Source: Cyanobacteria bacterium J06626_4 (GTDB lineage Bacteria; Cyanobacteriota; Cyanobacteriia; Phormidesmidales; Phormidesmidaceae). From it: a DNA stretch of 15,373 nt. The stretch is taken from positions 1-15,373 of the forward strand of contig JBCBJQ010000127.1 of NCBI GenBank assembly GCA_038523235.1, in the 5' to 3' direction. The position numbers were made by a program, and so were the translations under genes. Below, piece by piece: positions 7,261-13,548 of the stretch. The notes beneath the pieces were generated by a model, which saw nothing but the letters and a program-made list of their open reading frames with translations, had not been told where the DNA came from and made no database searches. Position 1 is the stretch's first letter. Every line of letters starts with the position of its first letter.

Positions 7261-8229
7261 ATGCTGAAATCTTTAGAGAATAAACAATTTCAGGCCATTA
7301 ACCGGGCCTATAACACGGTGTTCCGCCCGAATCGATTAAGCCTCGGTCTGGTCGTCCCGATCGAGACCTATGCCAGCGGGCCGGTACCCACATTGGCATA
7401 TCACCTTGAACGGGTGCAACTGGCTGAAGAACTGGGGTTTTCTGCCGTTTGGTTGCGAGACGTGCCGTTCAACGTGCCAACCTTTGGGGATGCGGGTCAG
7501 ACCTATGATCCCTTCGTTTATTTGGGATTGCTAGCGGGTCAAACGGAACGGATTGCCCTCGGGGTTGCCAGTATCATTCTGCCGCTGCGACATCCCGCCC
7601 ATGTGGCTAAGGCTGCTGCGACCGCTGATGTGCTCTCAGGGGGGCGACTGCTGCTGGGAGTGGCTTCGGGCGATCGCCCCGAAGAATATCCGGCACTCAA
7701 TTTGCCCTTTGGCGATCGCGGAGCGGCCTTTCGAGCCAGCTTTGAATACATCAGACAGATGGGCAAAACCTCACCCACGTTTGCCAATGAGTTTGGTAGC
7801 CCGCAAGGTGGGATGGACATGCTGCCCAAGCCGACCTCTGGCAAACTACCGCTGTTGATTACGGGGAGCAGCCAGCAAGATCCTGAATGGATCGCCCGGA
7901 ACGGCGACGGCTGGATGACCTATCCCCGGAATACTGCGGTGCAAGCACGCATCATTCATGATTGGCGATTGCGGGTTGAAGCTGTGGACGGTTCTGACAA
8001 GCCAGTAATGCAGCCGCTTTATATCGATCTAACCGCAGATCCCGACACCCAACCCCAACCAATCCATTTGGGATTGCGATTGGGGGTGAACTCTCTACGA
8101 ACCTATCTCCAATCGCTAGAGCAAATCGGCATCAACCATGTGGCGCTAAACCTGCGCTTTAACCAGGCAGACATTGAAACAACCTTGAAACGTCTGGCCG
8201 ATGACATCCTGCCAGACTTCGTCAATTGA
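7261..8229 (+). CDS. Luciferase-like (LLM-class) flavin-dependent oxidoreductase, BA3436/TIGR03571-like
   Basis: LAEELGFSAVWLRDVPFNVPTFGDAGQTYDPFVYLG, LPLRHPAHVAKAAAT, SGGRLLLGVASGDRPEEYP, LITGSSQQ, WIARNGDGW and GINHVALNLRFN. Confidence 0.9.
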   Translation: MLKSLENKQFQAINRAYNTVFRPNRLSLGLVVPIETYASGPVPTLAYHLERVQLAEELGFSAVWLRDVPFNVPTFGDAGQTYDPFVYLGLLAGQTERIALGVASIILPLRHPAHVAKAAATADVLSGGRLLLGVASGDRPEEYPALNLPFGDRGAAFRASFEYIRQMGKTSPTFANEFGSPQGGMDMLPKPTSGKLPLLITGSSQQDPEWIARNGDGWMTYPRNTAVQARIIHDWRLRVEAVDGSDKPVMQPLYIDLTADPDTQPQPIHLGLRLGVNSLRTYLQSLEQIGINHVALNLRFNQADIETTLKRLADDILPDFVN

Positions 8230-8242
8230 GGACGCTAAAACC

Positions 8243-9061
8243 ATGTCAAAAACCATTCTGATTACAGGGGCTACCGATGGCATCGGGTTGGCAACGGCCA
8301 AGATGCTGGTCTCGAAGGGGCATAATGTCCTGCTACATGGGCGCAATTCCACCAAACTGGAGGCAGCAAAAAAATCACTGTCTGCACTATCAGGGAAGGG
8401 CGATGTTGAAAGCTATAAGGCTGATTTGTCGCGTATGGCCGATGTAGAATCACTGGCGCAGGCAGTGTCTGAAAAGCATACGAGACTGGATGTCTTGATC
8501 AACAATGCAGGTGTGTACAACACATCCGATCCGGTCACGCCGGACGGACTGGATGTGCGCTTTGTAGTGAATGCGATCGCTCCTTATCTGCTAACAAAAC
8601 GGCTCTTGCCGCTGCTGGGTACGACTGGCCGAGTCGTCAACCTGTCCTCCGCTGCTCAGTCCCCAGTCAATCTGCAAGCCTTAGCCGGGCAAGTGAGCCT
8701 ATCCGACGGTGTAGCTTATGCGCAAAGCAAGCTGGCATTGACCATGTGGTCTCGCTGTCTGGCACTTAAGCTCAAGGAGAATGGCCCAGCGATCATCGCG
8801 GTTAATCCTGGGTCATTGCTGGGCAGCAAGATGGTGAAAGAGGCCTTTGGCATCGCTGGCGGCGATATCCGTATCGGGGCAGAAATCTTGATGCGCGCAG
8901 CCTTGACGGATGAATTCGCAGCGGCTTCCGGCCAGTATTTCGACAACGACAAAGGTCAATTTGCCCCGCCGCACCCCGATGCGCTTAATGAACGGAAAAA
9001 CCAAGAGATAGTCCGGATGATCGAGGCGACTTTGTCAGACCTTGACAGCCGCAAGGGATAA
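8243..9061 (+). CDS. Short-chain dehydrogenase/reductase (classical SDR, retinol-dehydrogenase-like)
   Basis: KTILITGATDGIG, LDVLINNAG, VVNLSS, catalytic YAQSK and VNPG. I moved the start from 8201 to ATG 8243, which has GAGGA at 8228-8232 and does not overlap the LLM gene. Confidence 0.92.
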   Translation: MSKTILITGATDGIGLATAKMLVSKGHNVLLHGRNSTKLEAAKKSLSALSGKGDVESYKADLSRMADVESLAQAVSEKHTRLDVLINNAGVYNTSDPVTPDGLDVRFVVNAIAPYLLTKRLLPLLGTTGRVVNLSSAAQSPVNLQALAGQVSLSDGVAYAQSKLALTMWSRCLALKLKENGPAIIAVNPGSLLGSKMVKEAFGIAGGDIRIGAEILMRAALTDEFAAASGQYFDNDKGQFAPPHPDALNERKNQEIVRMIEATLSDLDSRKG

Positions 9062-9063
9062 AA

Positions 9064-9144
9064 TCATGACATCGCAATCAGTTACTGCTGGTAGCGATGC
9101 ATGACGGATCGCTAAACTACAGCCCAGTTAGAACTGGTAGCGAT
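9064..9144 (+). repeat. Two tandem, related hairpins immediately after the operon's last stop codon; possible 3'-end/terminator structure
   Basis: Hairpin 1 (9064-9104): TCATG-a-CATCGC-a-ATCAGT-tact-GCTGGT-a-GCGATG-CATGA. Hairpin 2 (9108-9144): ATCGCTA...CCAGT-taga-ACTGG-TAGCGAT. Both units share CATGAC..ATCGC..CAGTTAnnnCTGGTAGCGAT. No U-tract. Confidence 0.5.
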
Positions 9145-9238
9145 TTCTGGCAAACCGCGATCGCGCTTGATAAATTTCGAGATTGTTTCGGGTATTTGGG
9201 CGCTAAGTTCCGATGGGCAACTTGTACGACAGCGAAAT

Positions 9239-10096
9239 ATGACCCTTGCGCGTAAAGGCACCAGATCTATTACCGTCGATACCCTCGACTATCGCTGGCT
9301 CATACGCCCAGGAAAACACCATGACTTGTCCCTAATCGTGGAGCTGGATCAGGGGCTGGGCCAGCGACTCTGGGCCAAACTGAACGAAGAAACGGTGGTC
9401 AAACCTTGGCTGGTCAGAGCAGTGATTGAATATGCCAGGGCAAAGGGTTGGCAGCCGCAATCACCAGGCAAAGATTGTGTGCTCAGAGTCTATGGCAGCT
9501 TAAAAGCCCCTGAAGATTGGGACAGTACCGTCAAGATCAAAGGCACAGAACCGATCGCCCTAAGCGAATGGAACCCGACCCCAGCACGATTGATTCGATG
9601 GGCCTACGACGAGACGCTCTATCTCGACGGCAGTGAAGAAGCGCTGGTTCTGCACAAACCGGAGTATTTGCCGGTCTTAATTCCCCTCGCGGACGATCGC
9701 CAGTGCCCTAAAGCTGACTATATTTTATTGACGTTGGCTCACTACCTACGGCACTATCTCTTGCGGTGTGAGGGTGGAAAGGGGAAAGAACTTTTGCATG
9801 AGGCGATCGCCCTGGGCGAATGTTGTACAAGCAGCACTGTAAAAGACTGGATGACTTTACTCAAACAGCAGTGGGCCTACTGTCAGGGGATTGGGGCTGT
9901 CACCAATCCCGATCAAGCGTATGCAATGGCTGCAGCACTACTCAATGGTATAGATCGCAATTGTCCAATTACGCTGGTCGCCGAAACTGAGCACTCCTTC
10001 GAGTTTGGCTTCCTCTCGTCTAGTTGTCCGCTGAGCCGTGAACGCTTGATCATTGATAAAGCTACCGGTAAATTCATTTATTCCCAATCTGCCTAG
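9239..10096 (+). CDS. Hypothetical protein, apparently a fusion of two domains
   Basis: The frame is open from 9167 (TTG), but ATG 9239 gives a natural-looking N-terminus (MTLARKGTRSITVD...YRWLIR...GWQP). A second module starts near WNPTPARLIRWAYD...LADDRQCPKADYIL. No function recognised. Confidence 0.7.
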   Translation: MTLARKGTRSITVDTLDYRWLIRPGKHHDLSLIVELDQGLGQRLWAKLNEETVVKPWLVRAVIEYARAKGWQPQSPGKDCVLRVYGSLKAPEDWDSTVKIKGTEPIALSEWNPTPARLIRWAYDETLYLDGSEEALVLHKPEYLPVLIPLADDRQCPKADYILLTLAHYLRHYLLRCEGGKGKELLHEAIALGECCTSSTVKDWMTLLKQQWAYCQGIGAVTNPDQAYAMAAALLNGIDRNCPITLVAETEHSFEFGFLSSSCPLSRERLIIDKATGKFIYSQSA

Positions 10097-10134
10097 TGGG
10101 GATCGTCTTCTAGTTGAGTGAAGGGGCAACTTCA

Positions 10135-10941
10135 ATGAACCAGCAATATGTGCACGGGTATGACCCACGAGAAAATATTCGACTCCAGGACCAAGCATCA
10201 ACCCTAGTTGAACTGTTGCACACTGATACGGCGTATCCCCCCGGGAGTCGAGTGCTGGAGGCGGGATGCGGCGTCGGCGCTCAAACTATTACGCTGGCTC
10301 GTAATAGTCCGCAGGCGTGGATCACTTCAGTCGATATCTCTGAGCACTCAGTTGCCGAAGCTCAAAATAGAATTGACGCGGCAGGGTTCACCAATATTAG
10401 TTTTCAACAGGGCGATATTTTTAATCTGACCTTTGAACCGGCATCCTTTGATCACATCTTTGTTTGTTTTGTGCTGGAGCATTTGGCAAATCCGATTGCT
10501 GCACTCAAGTGTCTTAGCTATTTTCTCAAACCGGGTGGCGCCATGACTGTTATTGAGGGGGATCACGGCTCCACTTATTTCTATCCAAACAGTGAAGCGG
10601 CCCATAAAACAATTCAATGTCAAGTTGAACTGCAAAAAAGAGCCGGTGGCAATGCCAATATTGGCAGAGAACTTTATCCCCTTTTAAATGCAGCCGGTTT
10701 GAGTTCTGTTCAAGTCTCTCCACGCATGGTTTATGTTGATTCAAGTAAACCTCAGCTGGTCGAGGGCTTTATCAAAAATACGTTTACCGCCATGATCGAA
10801 GGGGTTCGTGAGTCGTCGCTGGACGCTGCATTGATTGATGAAGAAATATTTGATCAAGGCATTAAAGCATTATACAGAACCACAGAAACGGATGGGGTCT
10901 TTTGCTATAGCTTCTTTAAGGCCGTTGCAATGAAACGATAG
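10135..10941 (+). CDS. Class I SAM-dependent methyltransferase (UbiE/Methyltransf_11/31-like)
   Basis: Motif I VLEAGCGVG, ITSVDIS, FEPASFDHIFVCFVLEHL and LKPGG. ATG 10135 is preceded by AAGGGG. Confidence 0.92.
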   Translation: MNQQYVHGYDPRENIRLQDQASTLVELLHTDTAYPPGSRVLEAGCGVGAQTITLARNSPQAWITSVDISEHSVAEAQNRIDAAGFTNISFQQGDIFNLTFEPASFDHIFVCFVLEHLANPIAALKCLSYFLKPGGAMTVIEGDHGSTYFYPNSEAAHKTIQCQVELQKRAGGNANIGRELYPLLNAAGLSSVQVSPRMVYVDSSKPQLVEGFIKNTFTAMIEGVRESSLDAALIDEEIFDQGIKALYRTTETDGVFCYSFFKAVAMKR

Positions 10942-11264
10942 GGTATGGCTCTTTCAGATCACGCCAAAAGAGTCAATCATCGACTCGTTGAAAGTCGCCA
11001 AGCTTTGAACATTAACGAAGTTGATAGTTGATCAAAGTGTGCTCGACTACTTACCCCTTAGGCCCGTCCAGCTTGAAAGATCTCACTGTTGGCAGTAGCA
11101 AGAAATTACGGCCAAGTTGCGATCACCCAAGTGTCGGCATGAAAGTTTGACCAGGTATTGATTTCCGCCATGCGACTTTTCATTGCCGATAGTTTCGTGG
11201 TTGGATGACTTCATAAATGTTGAAATCGCCTTGTGTAATTTCAACGGAAGAGAAGCATATTGCT

Positions 11265-11981
11265 ATGAGCGTTGATGGTTTTTGGTATTTCTACAAAGTT
11301 GAGGTAGCAAAGTTCGACGCCGTTCAATCAGAGTTTGAACGGGCTTCTGTGGGCTGTCCCACTCTTCCAGAGGTGCCAGAGTTCCCTCTGCGCCTACCCC
11401 TTTCTTTCGGCCTCGAAACATACGCCAAATCGTTCCTGGCAGGCGTTTTAAGCGGTGATGATTTAGGTAAGCAAACTTACCACAAGCCATTGGAGGCGAT
11501 CGCTTTTCGCATTATTTACTATCAGTCGTCTCAGTACCGCTCTCTCATGCCCAACTCTTCCATGTTCGACGAAGATGATTATTTTCGAAAGGCTTATCAG
11601 ATTCCTGAAGAAGAGAGCGTTTTCACGTTTAATGACGAAGATCTTGTGGGGGCGGTGGCGCAGAATCGAATGATGCCGCCCATCATCTTGCTGATGGGAA
11701 TTGGTCGAGAGCGATTTTCTCAATTGCCTGGATACTTCGGCAACTTGTTAATCCATCCAACCGCGATTGACCCAACTCTTGAGCAAGTCTTCCATCTCCT
11801 CGCTGTTGACTGGAACGAGTACCGTGAGAGAGCAATCTGCGCTTTGGCCTACTCTAGCAGCGATGGTGAACAGGAAGCAGCGGATGTCAGAGAAATTCTT
11901 GAGGCCCTTCCCAACGCCCTCGAAGAAGCCAGAAGCGCAGGTACAGGTCTTCTGGCAGTCACCTCTTGGGGATGTCCTTGA
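11265..11981 (+). CDS. Hypothetical protein (acidic, soluble)
   Basis: Long ORF with protein-like composition; ATG 11265 preferred over TTG 11217. It contains PIILLMGIGRERFSQLPGYFGNLLI but I recognise no family. Confidence 0.65.
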   Translation: MSVDGFWYFYKVEVAKFDAVQSEFERASVGCPTLPEVPEFPLRLPLSFGLETYAKSFLAGVLSGDDLGKQTYHKPLEAIAFRIIYYQSSQYRSLMPNSSMFDEDDYFRKAYQIPEEESVFTFNDEDLVGAVAQNRMMPPIILLMGIGRERFSQLPGYFGNLLIHPTAIDPTLEQVFHLLAVDWNEYRERAICALAYSSSDGEQEAADVREILEALPNALEEARSAGTGLLAVTSWGCP

Positions 11982-12011
11982 TGCATCAGCCTCTTGCCAT
12001 ATTTCACATAT

Positions 12012-12110
12012 TTATCCCTTCAATTTGCGCAACACCAACAAGCTGCCCCGGTTGCCGCGCCCGATACGCAGATCGCCGTCGGGATAGATCATCTCTAACC
12101 AGCTTGACCG
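12012..12110 (-). pseudogene. 3'-terminal fragment of a PAP/fibrillin gene
   Basis: The minus-strand frame ending at TAA (12014-12012) reads RSSWLEMIYPDGDLRIGRGNRGSLLVLRKLKG*. This matches the fibrillin C-terminal signature (about WLDITYLDEDLRIGRGNxGSxFVL). An in-frame stop at 12143-12141 blocks the frame upstream, and Uma2 occupies the space where the rest of the gene would be. Confidence 0.75.
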
Positions 12111-12172
12111 TACGATAGCGAACACTCTTCTACAGCCGTCTTAGAATAAGCGAAAGTAAGGGGGGAGTTACC

Positions 12173-12805
12173 GTGGTTCTCCTAAACGAGTTAGTCAACC
12201 GAATGACCCTGGATGACCCCGAAGAACGACGGATCTTGAGTCGTGTATCGTGGGCGCAGTATGAGGAACTGCTGGCAGATTTGGGAGACGCATCTGCTTA
12301 CCGGGTGCATTTTTTAAATGGAGTTTTAGAAATCTTGGCTCCGAGTCTTAATCACGAAAGCAACAAAACTCGTATTGGCGATTTACTCTTGCTCTATTTC
12401 CTCGAAACGGAAACCGAATATTTTCCCATGGGTTCTACCACACTCAAAAAGTCTGAACAACAGGCAGGGGGCGAACCGGATGAAAGCTACTGCATTGGTA
12501 CAAACAAAGAATTTCCTGACTTGGCGATCGAGGTCATTGTTACCAGCGGCAGCATCAATCGCTTAGATCTGTACCGACGATTGGGTGTGCGAGAAGTTTG
12601 GTTTTGGCAAAAAAATCGCTTGGCGCTTTATCACCAACGAGTAAAGAGCATGGCTGAGTTCGCTGAGACCGCGGGCTATGAGCTGATTCAACGTAGCAAA
12701 GTGCTACCCAACCTCGATCTGGAGCTGTTGACCCGCTGCCTGCAAAATCCGAATCCGTTAGCAGCGGCGAAAGCGTTTCGACAGGGACTTCGCGAGGAGG
12801 GGTAG
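12173..12805 (+). CDS. Uma2-family (DUF820) PD-(D/E)XK putative endonuclease
   Basis: VSWAQYEELL, NGVLEILAPSLNHE, GSTTLK, EPDESYCIG, PDLAIEVIVTSGS and YRRLGVREVWFW. GTG start with GGGGAG upstream. Confidence 0.93.
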   Translation: MVLLNELVNRMTLDDPEERRILSRVSWAQYEELLADLGDASAYRVHFLNGVLEILAPSLNHESNKTRIGDLLLLYFLETETEYFPMGSTTLKKSEQQAGGEPDESYCIGTNKEFPDLAIEVIVTSGSINRLDLYRRLGVREVWFWQKNRLALYHQRVKSMAEFAETAGYELIQRSKVLPNLDLELLTRCLQNPNPLAAAKAFRQGLREEG

Positions 12806-13047
12806 TTACTCTTCTCAGAAATCGACAGGCGATCGCGTTTGCAGGGGCGATCACACTTAACTATTGCGTTTGGCAAAACATGGTGTTGGCATTGGCGATA
12901 AAAGCAGATTACATTCCCCTGGGTACTCTGAGACTAAAGGGTATCTGGGGAGCAGTTTTGCCCACTTGAGTGTGGTTCTGTCCGTAAGCCCGCTGGAGTG
13001 AAAGTGATATTCTCTTGAAACATGTTGGCTTGCTAGTGGCTGGGGTC

Positions 13048-13467
13048 ATGAAATCTTTCGCTGTAACGACTAAGATTGCCTGTCCGCCAGAAGCGATCTG
13101 GGCCGTGCTGACGGATGCCGCCACCTACTCAGACTGGGCGGCCGGAGTTCATCGCCTTGAAGGGCAGATTGAGAATGGCGCCTTACTGAAACTATTCACG
13201 GTTTCCAAACCGGAACGCCCGATGAGTCTGAGGGTAAGTGATGTAGAAAGCCCGAAAACGTTTACGCTCAGCGGGGGATTGCCACTTAATCTATTCCGGG
13301 GCGATCGCACTGTTACCCTGACCCCGCAACCTGATGGCACGACAGAATTCAGCATGCGGGAAGTGTTTAGTGGCTGGCTCGAACCGATTATGGGCCGCAT
13401 GATTCCTGATCTGACCGAATCGTTTGAGGCTTATGGCGCCGGTCTTAAGCACAAGTGTGAGGGCTAA
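13048..13467 (+). CDS. SRPBCC (START/polyketide cyclase-like) domain protein
   Basis: IACPPEAIWAVLTDAATYSDW at the N-terminus, FRGDRTVTLTP..DGTTEFSMREVFSG, and the C-terminal helix FEAYGAGLKHKCE. ATG 13048 preferred over TTG 13015. Confidence 0.88.
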   Translation: MKSFAVTTKIACPPEAIWAVLTDAATYSDWAAGVHRLEGQIENGALLKLFTVSKPERPMSLRVSDVESPKTFTLSGGLPLNLFRGDRTVTLTPQPDGTTEFSMREVFSGWLEPIMGRMIPDLTESFEAYGAGLKHKCEG

Positions 13468-13548
13468 CGGCCAGTTCTTGAGTGCTATTGAGTCAGCTGG
13501 CTCTGAGCAAGGTATGCTGCGATGTCTGGTGAACGCTGCGACAGTCCG

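Noticed and set aside
8201..8242. Longer ORF-track starts (8201; likewise 9167, 10114, 11217, 13015)
   Set aside because: The extensions overlap neighbours or use TTG without an RBS. Downstream ATGs coincide with the domain starts.
10945..11031. 28-aa ORF MALSDHAKRVNHRLVESRQALNINEVDS right after the methyltransferase
   Set aside because: Too short, with no recognisable motif; chance ORFs of this size are common.
12093..13501. attC-like starts (CTCTAAC at 12093; GGCTAAC at the SRPBCC stop)
   Set aside because: No matching GTTRRRY end or L boxes and no integrase. The first lies inside the fibrillin remnant.
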